Shown in pieces: positions 1 through 10,657 of a stretch of DNA of 64,000 nt. The notes beneath the pieces are model-generated. The model was not told where the DNA came from and ran no database searches. It was given only the letters and a program-made list of their open reading frames with translations. A program made the position numbers and the translations under genes. The stretch comes from Promethearchaeota archaeon (GTDB lineage: Archaea > Asgardarchaeota > Lokiarchaeia > Sigyniarchaeales > SOKP01), in the NCBI GenBank assembly GCA_016840085.1, contig JAEOTA010000064.1, positions 21,583 to 85,582 on the forward strand, written 5' to 3'. Positions within the stretch are counted from its first letter, which is position 1. Each line of letters opens with the position of its first letter.

Positions 1-1097
1 TCCAAAAAAACAATAAAAGATTTTATAAAGCAAGTGTAGATTCTGTTAAATATAATTCCATTTATATGCCTTCCATTTATATCCTTATCGGGATTTTAAC
101 AATTATTACTTTATTTATTGGAGGAATGTGGGTTATTGAAGGGAGAATGGAACTTGAAACAATAGTAATTTTACTTTCCTACATTGCATCTCTGGGTTTT
201 CCATTAATGATGTTAGGACAAATCATGTTAGTATATATTCAAGCAGATGCCGCACTCACCCGAGTAAGGGAAGTTTTGGAATCTACTCCAGATATAAAAG
301 ACTTTCCAAATGCGAATCCAATAATTTCTCTAAAAGGAGACATTGAATTTGATAATGTGTCTTTTGGATATACCCATGATCATCGGATTTTAAAAGATGT
401 ATCATTTAAAATACCCACAGGAAAAACCTTGGCGATCTTGGGTACCACTGGTTCTGGAAAATCTACAATAATCAATTTGATACCTCGCTTCTATGAAGCA
501 AGTGATGGAAATATTAAAATTGATCAAATAGATATACGTAATTATCTATTAAAGGATTTAAGACAAAATATCGGTATTGTGTCCCAGGAAACTTTCTTAT
601 TTAATAAATCAATTGCTGATAATATTGCTTATGGGAAAAATGATTCTTCAAGAGATGAAATTATTAAAGCTGCTCAAATTTCTGATTTACATGATTTTAT
701 TATTTCTTTACCTAAAGGATATGATACTATAGTTGGTGAGAGAGGTACAAGACTATCTGGTGGGCAAAAACAGCGTTTATCAATAGCTCGAGCATTAATA
801 ATCAAACCAAAAATCTTAATTTTAGACGATTCAACAAGTTCTGTTGATGTTGAAACTGAGTATAAAATTCAAAAAGCACTTACGAAAATAATGAAAGAGA
901 CCACAACTATTATTATTACCCAAAGAATTTCTACAATCAGAGGAGCAGATTACATTTTGATTCTAGATAGAGGTCGCGTAGTTGGTTTTGGAACTCATGA
1001 TGAATTGATAAAAGCAAATGTTCTATATAAACAAATCTACGAAACTCTATACCAAAAACAAAAATCAAAAATTAAATTAGAAGAAGGAACTAACTAA
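1..1097 (+). CDS. ABC exporter subunit (TMD+NBD), 5'-truncated by the window edge
   Basis: Frame is open from position 3. Walker A GTTGSGKS, signature LSGGQ, degenerate Walker B ILDDS and switch ITQR, as in heterodimeric exporters. Confidence 0.93.
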   Translation, partial: QKNNKRFYKASVDSVKYNSIYMPSIYILIGILTIITLFIGGMWVIEGRMELETIVILLSYIASLGFPLMMLGQIMLVYIQADAALTRVREVLESTPDIKDFPNANPIISLKGDIEFDNVSFGYTHDHRILKDVSFKIPTGKTLAILGTTGSGKSTIINLIPRFYEASDGNIKIDQIDIRNYLLKDLRQNIGIVSQETFLFNKSIADNIAYGKNDSSRDEIIKAAQISDLHDFIISLPKGYDTIVGERGTRLSGGQKQRLSIARALIIKPKILILDDSTSSVDVETEYKIQKALTKIMKETTTIIITQRISTIRGADYILILDRGRVVGFGTHDELIKANVLYKQIYETLYQKQKSKIKLEEGTN

Positions 1098-1101
1098 AAG
1101 G

Positions 1102-3600
1102 GTGATAAAATTAGTGTATAACAATCAAGAGGATAAAGACGAAGAGGAGCAAAAAGAAATAATTCAACCTAGCGCAAGTTCCCGACATCGATTTATGTTT
1201 GAAGATGAGAAAGCTAAATTAGATCATCCAAGAAAAGAATTATGGAAATGGCTATTGTCATATATAATTCCATTTCGATGGAAATTTTCATTATTTTTCA
1301 TATTTTTGTTAATAGGCACGGTTATATTATCTATAACCCCGGTATTATCAGCAAGCATTATAGATAATGGAATCGTTACTAGAAATGGCGATTATATTCT
1401 AATGATGAGTACGATTTATTTATCTTTAATGATTTTGATGGCAATAACTAATTATATATCCCAATTTGGTATGGGTAAATTATCTCAGAGAATTACTTTT
1501 GAGATTAGAAATGATATTTTCTTTAAATTACAAGAAATGTCTTTAAGTTATTTTGATCAAAGATCATCAGGAGATATTATATCAATAACAACTAACGATG
1601 TTACAATCCTTAATCAATTAGTTGGTGGTCAATTTGTTCAAATTATAACTAGTTTTGTTTCAATTGTCCTAACAGTTGTATTTATGTATATATTGAATCC
1701 ATTTTTGGCTCTAATTAGTATGGTAATTTTTCCATTATTTTTTTTTACAACATATATTTTTAGAAAGATCGCAATTAAATTATTCAAAGAATCAAGAAAG
1801 ACAATTGGTAAAGTTACTTCTTCGATACAAGAAAATATTGAAGGAGCAAAAGTTGTTCAAGCATATGGGCAAGAAAAAAGAGCTTCTTCAGAATTTGATA
1901 AAGCTAATATAGCAAATTATAATGCAATGGTTAAAATTCGAAGATATATGGCAACCATCTTTCCTTTAATTACATTAATTACAACTATCCTTACAGCAGG
2001 GATTTTATTAGCTGGGGGATTTACAATTCTAGGAAATGTCTCTATTTTTGGAATTCCTGTTTCAGTAGGCGTACTTAGTGCCTATATCAGTATTTTAGGT
2101 CAATTCTTCAGACCCTTTATGATGTTAATGCAAATTCAACAAGTAATCGAAGCAGCTATGGCTGCAAGTGACCGAATATATTCTATATTAGAAGAAAAAG
2201 CAGAAATTCCAGATCCAAGTTCACCTAAAGTATTCAGTGAAGTGGAAGGTGGTGTTGAATTTGAAACAGTAAGTTTTGGCTACACATTTAAGAAAAATCA
2301 AATAGTTGATGAGAAGCCTTTAGGAAACTCTATGATGAATCAAGTTATCAAGACAATAAACTCCTTTCCTGAACCTTATTCATCTTTTATTCTTGATAAT
2401 ATGAGATTTATACCTAATAATATTAGACAAAAACTTTTTTTAAATCTGATGGGAAGTACACCAGATGAAATTCCAGAAAAAATTGATAAAATTTTAGCCG
2501 AATTTCAATTTGCAGTTCCTAATACAGTGATAGCAAGTAAATATCCTGAATATAAGAATTCTTTTAAACTTAAATCTTTAGAAGATAATTTAAAAAAAAA
2601 AAAAGATTTTACATTTGAACAAATGATATCATCAGAAACAGTTCTTATGATGGTAAAATTCTTAGAAAGAGCATTGCGAGCCGAGAGAGGAATACAATCG
2701 AGTAGTGCTAGAATGGGCGGAGAAGGTGGAAATTTAATTAGTGGTAAAATGGGGCGTATGTCGCCTAGTACTATCAAAAGAATGCTTGCTAGTATTGAAA
2801 TTTCTCCCGAAATCCAAGAACAGATACCTAAACTTGTATTTGACGCCATTGAAGAACAAAAAAAAATTATTCAACATGAACAATCAACGGGTTATGTTTT
2901 AAAAAATCTTGATCTAAAAATATCTTCAGGCATAACATTAGCTATTGTAGGAGAAACTGGTGCAGGTAAGACTACCTTGATCAAATTAATTGCACGATTT
3001 TATGATATAAATGATGGAAATATTCTTATTGATGGTATAGATGTTCGAAATGTTCGAAAGGAAGATTTAAGAAATTTGATTGGGATTGTCCCCCAAGATG
3101 CTTTTATTTTTACAGGAACAATCGAGGAAAATATATTATATGCATTTGAAGAGCCAACTCCAGAATTAAAACAAAGAATGATTGAAATCTCGAAATTTCT
3201 GGGTTTACATAATTTCATTGAAACCCTATATAAGGATTATAATACAAAATTAAAAGAGAACGGTTCAAACATTTCTATTGGTCAAAGACAACTAATTGCT
3301 TTTGCGAGAGCCTTAATAACTAATCCTAAAATCCTAATACTGGATGAAGCTACATCCTCAGTTGATCCATATACAGAAACATTAATTCAAGATGCATTAA
3401 ATAAAGCACGCAAGGGACGAACTACAATTATTATAGCCCACCGTCTATCAACAATAAAAAACGCTGATCAAATAATCGTTTTAAGTGCTGATAAAAAAGC
3501 AATAATAGAACAAGGAGATCACGATACATTACTTTCCTTGAATGGAAAGTATAAGCGTCTACTAGAAATGCAACATCGTGATATTGAAGTAGATAAATAA
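1102..3600 (+). CDS. ABC exporter partner subunit (TMD+NBD) with a ~200-aa insertion in the NBD
   Basis: TM helices, GETGAGKT, ISIGQRQ, ILDEAT, IAHRLST. The insertion lies between FETVSFGY and VLKNLDL. Confidence 0.93.
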   Translation: MIKLVYNNQEDKDEEEQKEIIQPSASSRHRFMFEDEKAKLDHPRKELWKWLLSYIIPFRWKFSLFFIFLLIGTVILSITPVLSASIIDNGIVTRNGDYILMMSTIYLSLMILMAITNYISQFGMGKLSQRITFEIRNDIFFKLQEMSLSYFDQRSSGDIISITTNDVTILNQLVGGQFVQIITSFVSIVLTVVFMYILNPFLALISMVIFPLFFFTTYIFRKIAIKLFKESRKTIGKVTSSIQENIEGAKVVQAYGQEKRASSEFDKANIANYNAMVKIRRYMATIFPLITLITTILTAGILLAGGFTILGNVSIFGIPVSVGVLSAYISILGQFFRPFMMLMQIQQVIEAAMAASDRIYSILEEKAEIPDPSSPKVFSEVEGGVEFETVSFGYTFKKNQIVDEKPLGNSMMNQVIKTINSFPEPYSSFILDNMRFIPNNIRQKLFLNLMGSTPDEIPEKIDKILAEFQFAVPNTVIASKYPEYKNSFKLKSLEDNLKKKKDFTFEQMISSETVLMMVKFLERALRAERGIQSSSARMGGEGGNLISGKMGRMSPSTIKRMLASIEISPEIQEQIPKLVFDAIEEQKKIIQHEQSTGYVLKNLDLKISSGITLAIVGETGAGKTTLIKLIARFYDINDGNILIDGIDVRNVRKEDLRNLIGIVPQDAFIFTGTIEENILYAFEEPTPELKQRMIEISKFLGLHNFIETLYKDYNTKLKENGSNISIGQRQLIAFARALITNPKILILDEATSSVDPYTETLIQDALNKARKGRTTIIIAHRLSTIKNADQIIVLSADKKAIIEQGDHDTLLSLNGKYKRLLEMQHRDIEVDK

Positions 3601-3710
3601 GGTAATTTCTACTACTTATTTTCAAATCTATATACTAAATTTTTTAAAAAACCCTAAATTAGAATCTACTTTTAATTAATATAATAAATTATTCTCGAGG
3701 TGAAGTAGGA

Positions 3711-4433
3711 ATTCCATATTTCGATTATTCTGGAAAAAAAATTTTCTATCAAATCAAAGATAATAATTTTCAAAATGCCCTTATTTTTATCCATGGATCT
3801 GGTGGAAATTCAAATATTTGGAGAGAACAATTTAATCTAAATATTGATTATAACATATATGCTCTTGATTTACCCTCTCACAATAATTCTGATGAGTTTT
3901 TAGAACACTCTCTTGAATTATATGTAGATGTAGTTAGAAGGTTTATAGAAACTTTAGATCTAAAAAATGTTATTTTAGGTGGTCATTCCTTAGGGGGAGC
4001 AGTAATACAATCTTACTATTTTAAGTATCCAAGCGATATCACCGCATTAATTTTAATTGGAACTGGAGGGAGATTGCGTGTTATGCCCGTAATCTTAGAA
4101 ACTGTGAAAAATAACTTTCAAATGTTTATAGATAGTATAGATGATGATCTTAAAAAGGAGTATTTGAAAACAGCCCCGAACGTTATATATGATGATTTTA
4201 AAATTTGTGATGGATTTGATACACTTGATAAAACTGCCTTAATCAATATCCCTTGTTTAATATTAGTTGGTAAAGAAGATATTATGACTCCTGTAAAATA
4301 TTCCGAATTTTTTCACAAAAAGATTAACATTTCTGAACTTGTAATAATTGAGAAGGCAGGGCATTTGGTAATGTTAGAACAGCCAAGAAAAATGAATCAA
4401 GCAATAGAAAATTTTATTAATAATTATTTTTGA
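3711..4433 (+). CDS. alpha/beta-fold hydrolase (longer than the ORF-track call; probable ATT start)
   Basis: Frame is open from 3663 and encodes IFIHGSGG, ALDLPSH and GHSLGG upstream of the 4074 call; catalytic D (GKED) and H (AGH) lie downstream. GAGGTGA at 3697-3703. Confidence 0.85.
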   Translation: MPYFDYSGKKIFYQIKDNNFQNALIFIHGSGGNSNIWREQFNLNIDYNIYALDLPSHNNSDEFLEHSLELYVDVVRRFIETLDLKNVILGGHSLGGAVIQSYYFKYPSDITALILIGTGGRLRVMPVILETVKNNFQMFIDSIDDDLKKEYLKTAPNVIYDDFKICDGFDTLDKTALINIPCLILVGKEDIMTPVKYSEFFHKKINISELVIIEKAGHLVMLEQPRKMNQAIENFINNYF

Positions 4434-4920
4434 ATCATAAGGAATAAAAATTTCTTTAACCTTTATTAAACACTTTCCTGATTATAGAATTAAAAGATTT
4501 ATTTTTGAATTTAATACTGATCGTATTGTTCTTAGTAATATTGAAATACTTTTTTCTATAATTTGGAAAATGAACTTCATACTACTATGAAGTATTTAAC
4601 AAGTATTTTATGAATGAGGTTTACATTATATTTATAAAGAAAAAATTTCATGAAATCTTTTCAAAGTATTTATAAAGACAAAATCGCTTGGGTCGATAAA
4701 GCATAAATTATTAAATTTATTACCCCTTATAATTTAATAGAATTGAAGCTTCTAAATTTAAACAAATAAAGTTTATAAACACGTTAAATAGATTATTAAA
4801 ATTAGTACTATTTTAGAGTAAAATAAATTGGTTATATTCTTATGGGAAATTTGTTAAAACTCTATAAAATTCTAATAATATTTAATTATTGAGTCTAAGA
4901 TTGGGTTTTGATCAATAATA

Positions 4921-6660
4921 ATGGATAATGAAAAAGATGTAAATTGTCAAGATAGAAAAAAACATTATAATAAAGGATATCAGCACAAAAACAATTCAGA
5001 ATTTAAAAATTATTTTAATTATAAAGAATTAGAATGTGTTCCTATTTTTGATAATTTGAATAATCAAAACAATCTTTTTCAAGGATCTATTGCTGATATT
5101 ATTAAAAATATAATAATGTTGGCGAACGAAAAGAGAATTAGACTTAAAATGTTTACTCAACAATTAGAAATATTTAAAAACTATACAACGAATTCTGAAA
5201 GGACTGTCTTTATGACTGCCACAAAATTACTTCAAGATCTTATATTGGATGGCAAAATACCCGTTTTCATAAATAATTCTTATCAAACTTCATTAGGGAG
5301 GAGTTATATTAGTAGAGGTGAAAAAGGTTTTGATCATTTTTATTCATATGCTGAAGCAATATATGAACATCGTTGTCTATTTGATATGAATACAAAAATA
5401 GATATTTATATTGGACACACGGAAAAAACGATAAGAAAAAGGTTTGAATATGAAATTGAGAAAGCTATTAATGAATATAAAGAGCTAGGGGAATTACCAT
5501 CCAGATTAATTGAACAAGCTATATTGATAGCTACTGAAAAAGAAGTTAGTGCTGTGGGAGTTAAAATTTATGGAGTAGAGAATGAAAAATATAATGATCT
5601 AGATCATTTTCTTAGTGTGTATTTAAGCTTACAAGAAAGTTTTAAATTTAATATTAGAAAACAGCTGGCAGATTCTCTTTTAAAAAAATATTTTGAAACA
5701 AATATCCTTGAAAAACATTATTCAAAAATAGATGTGTGTGATCGTGAAAAATGGTACAAACAGAATTATCCAGATTCATATGGAACGGTCAATCCATTTG
5801 GGCTTAATATGAATTCTAATGTTGAAAGTGTTAAGAAATATATTACCTTACCGATGTATGATATTGCCTTTATGCTCTCTTTAGGATATCGAGTACCTAA
5901 AATTTCAAAATTATTAAAAAAATTATATGGAATAAAGGAGGCTTCTGAAGATAATGTTTATGCCCGAATAGCACAATTCTATTGTAGTGTTGAAAATGTT
6001 GAAGATAAATTTTTAAAACCTGTTATTCAAGCATTATTAGAAAATTATCCTGAGCTATCAGGAGAAAAAATTGGTGAAATAATTCATAGGAAAGGAGGTA
6101 AACAATTCTTTGAAGCAGAAGGATGTCCATTTAAACGATGGTTTGGAGATATTAAATTAAGGGAATTAAAAAAGGCCATGGCTCTTAATGATTTTAACTG
6201 GACTAATATAAGTTATTTAGTAGAAAAAATTAGGAAAGGAGATTATATAAAAGGATTTCATAAATCTCATTGGATAAAATTATTTATAAAAGGAGCTTCT
6301 AATGATGAGTTAGCATCAAATGCAGGTTATGAAAGTGCCGATTCTTTTAGAAAACATTTCTTTGAATTGGAAGAAACCAAAAAAGCATTTGGTGTTTCTA
6401 GCAAAAAAGAAGCCATAAAAAAATATAGAAAGTTAAAAACCATTATAATATTAAAAAATACCTGTTCACTTTCGTTCTCGACTTTTGAAAATATATATAC
6501 GAATATATTTGGATTTCAGAGTCGTCAAGAATACGTAAGTAAGTATAAACAACATTATAATACTGGAGATTATTTATTCGAAAGATCTCTTAAAAACTAT
6601 TTTGAGGCATTATTTGATGGAATGTCCTTGCAAGAGATAATAGTTGTATATGGATTTTAA
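4921..6660 (+). CDS. GIY-YIG-like nuclease domain protein (free-standing, homing-endonuclease-like)
   Basis: AIY...YIGHT...RKRF and REKWY...GTVNPFGLN match the GIY-YIG motif pattern; long helical C-terminal region. Confidence 0.6.
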   Translation: MDNEKDVNCQDRKKHYNKGYQHKNNSEFKNYFNYKELECVPIFDNLNNQNNLFQGSIADIIKNIIMLANEKRIRLKMFTQQLEIFKNYTTNSERTVFMTATKLLQDLILDGKIPVFINNSYQTSLGRSYISRGEKGFDHFYSYAEAIYEHRCLFDMNTKIDIYIGHTEKTIRKRFEYEIEKAINEYKELGELPSRLIEQAILIATEKEVSAVGVKIYGVENEKYNDLDHFLSVYLSLQESFKFNIRKQLADSLLKKYFETNILEKHYSKIDVCDREKWYKQNYPDSYGTVNPFGLNMNSNVESVKKYITLPMYDIAFMLSLGYRVPKISKLLKKLYGIKEASEDNVYARIAQFYCSVENVEDKFLKPVIQALLENYPELSGEKIGEIIHRKGGKQFFEAEGCPFKRWFGDIKLRELKKAMALNDFNWTNISYLVEKIRKGDYIKGFHKSHWIKLFIKGASNDELASNAGYESADSFRKHFFELEETKKAFGVSSKKEAIKKYRKLKTIIILKNTCSLSFSTFENIYTNIFGFQSRQEYVSKYKQHYNTGDYLFERSLKNYFEALFDGMSLQEIIVVYGF

Positions 6661-6826
6661 AATATTTATCTGCTACTATTAATTAATAAAGTTAACTTTT
6701 TTCTTAATCTAACCTTTTAATTATTGCAGAGAATAGATATAGAATATGATTTTTAAATTATAATTCTCAATTTCAAAATAATTTGTATGAAAAGAAAAAA
6801 AATTAGCCATTTATAAAATTTTAAGA

Positions 6827-7624
6827 ATGCGTCAGTACACATATGGTCCTTTTCAATCAAGACGATTAGGGCTCTCATTAGGCGTAAATGTTTTGCTAAA
6901 TTATAAATTATGCACTTTCAATTGTGTTTATTGTGAAATTGGTTTAACAGATCAAGAAAATTTTGTGTCTCCAGAATTTAGAATAAAATTACCGCCTTCA
7001 CCACACTTTAGAAAAGAATTAATTTCAATCTTAAAATATGTACCTCATCTAAATTCTATTACTTTTGGATATAATGGTGAACCTACATTAAATGAAAATT
7101 TATTAGATTTCTTAGAAGTAGCTTCAGATGTGAGAGAGAGGTTAAATTGGACAAACAAAAGACCTATTCTTACATTATTTACTAATTCTAGTACTTTATA
7201 TTTTAAAGATATAAGAGAAAAAGTCAGAGAATTTGAACTTGTTTTAGCAAAATTAGATGTAGCAACTAATGACGATTTTAAAAGAACTAATCGACCACAC
7301 AGCAAATCAACAAATATTGAAATTATTATTGAATCACTTACTAAACTAAGGCAAGAAATGCCTAGAGGACATAAATTAGCTATTCAAAGTTTAATTTATA
7401 ATTCATATAGAGAAGATTTCATTCCAAATAATAATACTATAAATTTGAACAAATTAGCTCAAGCCTTAAAAATGATAAGACCTGATTTTATACAAATTTA
7501 TTCGACAGCAAGGATACCCGCAGAATATTTTGTCTATTCGATAGATGACGAAAGAAAAAGGGAAATAGTGAAAGAATTAAAACTTAAAATTAATGATGAT
7601 GATATTAAAATAAATTATTATTAG
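6827..7624 (+). CDS. radical SAM protein (COG0731-like)
   Basis: YGPFQSRRLGLSLG, CTFNCVYC (CxxxCxxC), GEPTL. Confidence 0.9.
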   Translation: MRQYTYGPFQSRRLGLSLGVNVLLNYKLCTFNCVYCEIGLTDQENFVSPEFRIKLPPSPHFRKELISILKYVPHLNSITFGYNGEPTLNENLLDFLEVASDVRERLNWTNKRPILTLFTNSSTLYFKDIREKVREFELVLAKLDVATNDDFKRTNRPHSKSTNIEIIIESLTKLRQEMPRGHKLAIQSLIYNSYREDFIPNNNTINLNKLAQALKMIRPDFIQIYSTARIPAEYFVYSIDDERKREIVKELKLKINDDDIKINYY

Positions 7625-7688
7625 TAGGTTAAACAAAAATATTTATAATTTATTTTTTTATTAAGTAGATATTTATAGATTTAATTTA

Positions 7689-8702
7689 GTGATTGAAATC
7701 GACGAGAAATATATTGCTGGAGTAGATATAGGAGGAACTTGGATACGAGTTGCGGTTTGTCCAGTAAATTTAAAAGAAGAAAGTATTAGAATAAAAATCA
7801 CTAAAACATTAAAAGAAAATAAATATTCAATTAGTAATTCAGTTTGTAAGCTTATATCAGAATTAATAGATGAAAATTATATTAAAAAAACACAAATTTT
7901 AGGAATAGGTGTAGCTTCAGCTGGTCCATTAAATACTGAAACAGGCGTTGTCTTTAATAATGCTAATTTAGGATTTAGAGAAATTCCTTTAAAAGAACCA
8001 ATTGAAGAGAAATTTCACGGAATACCTCTATATTTTATTAATGATTGTAATGGAGCTGTGTTAGGTGTGCATTACTTTGAAGCAGATGGAGGGGAAAGAG
8101 ATAACCTTGTATATATCACTATTTCTACTGGAGTGGGAGGAGGTGTCATCTGTAATGGGCATCTATTACTAGGTAAAGAGGGAAATGCGGCAGAAGTAGG
8201 GCATGCATTAGTTGAGCCAAGAAGTAGAGCTCAATGTAATTGTGGAGCGTATGGGTGTTGGGAAGCTTATAGTTCTGGAACAGGTGTCCGAAACAGGGCA
8301 TTAGATGCATTGCAAGAAGGAAAACTTAATGCAGATATCTTAATGAGCATTTTAGAAGAAGATAAATCTAAATTAACAGCCAAAGAAGTTTTTCAAGCAG
8401 CTAGAGAAGGTGATGAATTATCTAAAAAGATAGTTAATGATTGCATATTCTATACAAAAGTAGGAATTGGTATAGTTAATAATTATTATGATTGTACTTC
8501 AATTTATTTTGGAGGGGCAATGATGAAGGATAAAGAACAGATAATTCCTCACGTAATTGAGCAATTTGAGAGGGATCCTATTAAATTCACTATGAATCAT
8601 CCTCCAAAAATAAAATTAACAAAATATCGAGATGAAATTGGTTTAAGAGGAGCATTAGCTTTTGTGAAATATAAATTAGAAAATCACCAAGTTATTTCTT
8701 AA
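7689..8702 (+). CDS. ROK family sugar kinase (glucokinase-like)
   Basis: GVDIGGT, NDCN, STGVGGG, EVGH, CNCGAYGCWE. Confidence 0.93.
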   Translation: MIEIDEKYIAGVDIGGTWIRVAVCPVNLKEESIRIKITKTLKENKYSISNSVCKLISELIDENYIKKTQILGIGVASAGPLNTETGVVFNNANLGFREIPLKEPIEEKFHGIPLYFINDCNGAVLGVHYFEADGGERDNLVYITISTGVGGGVICNGHLLLGKEGNAAEVGHALVEPRSRAQCNCGAYGCWEAYSSGTGVRNRALDALQEGKLNADILMSILEEDKSKLTAKEVFQAAREGDELSKKIVNDCIFYTKVGIGIVNNYYDCTSIYFGGAMMKDKEQIIPHVIEQFERDPIKFTMNHPPKIKLTKYRDEIGLRGALAFVKYKLENHQVIS

Positions 8703-8729
8703 AATTGAATCAAAAATGAAGAAATTCTA

Positions 8730-10160
8730 ATGGAAAGGGAAAATTTAATATTCACTTTAAGTGGAATCCGAGGAATAGCAGAAAAAGCTTTGGATTTCAA
8801 TATCACGAAAAAAATTACTATTGCCTATGGATTATGGCTTGATGGTAAAAATACACAAGTTGTTGTAGGGAAAGATACCAGACCAAGTGGAGAAATAATT
8901 GAAAAAGCTGTGATTGAAGGCCTAATCACAGTTGGTTTAGAAGTTATCAATCTAGGAGTGTGTCCTACTCCTATTATTATTCATGCTAAAAATAAGCTTA
9001 ATATTCCGGGAGGTATTATTATCACAGGCTCCCATAACCCACAAGAGTGGAATGGATTAAAACTTCTTTCTACAAAAACCTTTCTTAATAATAATGATCT
9101 AAAGGAAATCTCTATTAAATTAAATGAGATTGATCTAAACCATTACCCTTCAATAAAAGTTAATCGCAATCGATACATAAAAACCTTAGATCCAATTAAA
9201 GATTATATTCAAGATCTCTACAAATATATTGATTATAAAGGCATTATAGCCCAAAATGATCTTAGTGTTGTTATTGATACAGGAGCAGGAGCAGGAAAAG
9301 TCGCGACATCTCAAATCCTCAGTAAAATAGGATGTAAAGTGAAATTAATTAATGATGATTTACTGGTTAATAAGATATTTCCGAGAGAGATTGAACCTAT
9401 TGAAGAAAATTTAAAAGATCTAATAATGGAAGTTTGGCAAGGTAACCATGATATTGGTTTTGCGCATGATTCTGATGCTGATAGATTAGCAATAATTGGT
9501 GAAAACGGGATATGCTATCCTGAAGATATTGGATTAGCACTTATTACTGATTATTACCTTAAAAATAATTCTGATAGGGGGAAAGAAATTATATTTGTGA
9601 CAAATTTGGCTTCTTCTTTAAGATTCGAAGTAATTGCTGAAAGGTATGGCGCTCAGGTAATTAGAACGCCTATAGGAGAAAGATTTTTAATAGAAAAAAT
9701 GAATGAGTTAATAGAAGACCCATCTAAAAATTGCCTTGTATTTGGAGGAGAAGGTTCATGTGGAGGAGTTATAATCCCTGATTTTAATAACACAAGAGAT
9801 GGAATTTTTGCCTCCGCTAAAATTATTGAAATTTTAGTTAAAACAGGAAAAAAAGTATCAGAATTGGTATCAACACTCCCTAAATATTATTCATATAGAG
9901 AAAAAATCAATATTAAGAATAAAAATATCAACGAAATTATTAGATTATTAAAGAAAGAATTGTTAGAAGAAGGAGAAGAAATAGAACAATTTAATCTTGA
10001 TCTCAGATTTGGAAAAGAAAAAGAGTGGTTTGTTTTAATTCACCCTTCTAATACTGAGCCAATAATTAGAGTTATAAGTGAAGCAAAAAGAAAGTCATTA
10101 GCGAGAGTTTATTGTGAGACAACAGCAGAACTTATAAAGCTAGAAATATCAATGTTATAA
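8730..10160 (+). CDS. phosphohexomutase (phosphomannomutase/phosphoglucosamine mutase family)
   Basis: SGIRG, TGSHNP, DSDADR, PSNTEP. Confidence 0.93.
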   Translation: MERENLIFTLSGIRGIAEKALDFNITKKITIAYGLWLDGKNTQVVVGKDTRPSGEIIEKAVIEGLITVGLEVINLGVCPTPIIIHAKNKLNIPGGIIITGSHNPQEWNGLKLLSTKTFLNNNDLKEISIKLNEIDLNHYPSIKVNRNRYIKTLDPIKDYIQDLYKYIDYKGIIAQNDLSVVIDTGAGAGKVATSQILSKIGCKVKLINDDLLVNKIFPREIEPIEENLKDLIMEVWQGNHDIGFAHDSDADRLAIIGENGICYPEDIGLALITDYYLKNNSDRGKEIIFVTNLASSLRFEVIAERYGAQVIRTPIGERFLIEKMNELIEDPSKNCLVFGGEGSCGGVIIPDFNNTRDGIFASAKIIEILVKTGKKVSELVSTLPKYYSYREKINIKNKNINEIIRLLKKELLEEGEEIEQFNLDLRFGKEKEWFVLIHPSNTEPIIRVISEAKRKSLARVYCETTAELIKLEISML

Positions 10161-10287
10161 TTTTTTACAATATTTTTGTTGAAATTGCAATGTGTTTTCC
10201 CATCCATTTCCCATTTTCTCTTTCTATAAGGTTCAATCTACCGTTAAATTTAAATATTTAAGTATAATATATTTATTTTAAACATAT

Positions 10288-10460
10288 TTGTTGATTATTT
10301 CATGGTAATTAAAGATCATAGATGGATCGGGTTGGATTGTGGAGATACCTTAATCCGTACTCCGTCTATAAGTAAATCAATGACCATGACATTAATGTAT
10401 GTAGGATTTAATGTATAGATCCTTAATGCATTATCCTAATAAATACATAAAAATCAGCAA
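10288..10460 (+). ncRNA. candidate structured non-coding RNA (outer stem enclosing two long hairpins)
   Basis: Stems 10288-10296/10452-10460, 10300-10306/10383-10389, 10318-10326/10361-10369, 10334-10339/10351-10356, plus a second hairpin ~10395-10448. G-U wobbles favour the + strand. Confidence 0.5.
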
Positions 10461-10657
10461 AACATTGACTCTTTTCCTTTAACTTTTCATACTTTACTTA
10501 AATAGGAATTTACATAATTGAACTGAATCTCTACTTCTTAGACATTTTCTACACTGTATTAGCTTTGGTGCAGGATAATTTCAAATTAGGATAAATAAAT
10601 ATGTTTTTTTCCAAAAAATAAATTTATAAAAAAAATTAAAAAAATATAAAAAATGAG

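Noticed and set aside
2284-2895. Intein in the ABC NBD
   Set aside because: No N-terminal Cys/Ser block, no His-Asn end and no LAGLIDADG motifs.
4570-4785. Hairpin ACTTCATA/TATGAAGT and repeated TATTTATAAAGA / TTTATAAA motifs
   Set aside because: They could be tandem TATA boxes or operators, but cannot be distinguished from chance at this AT content.
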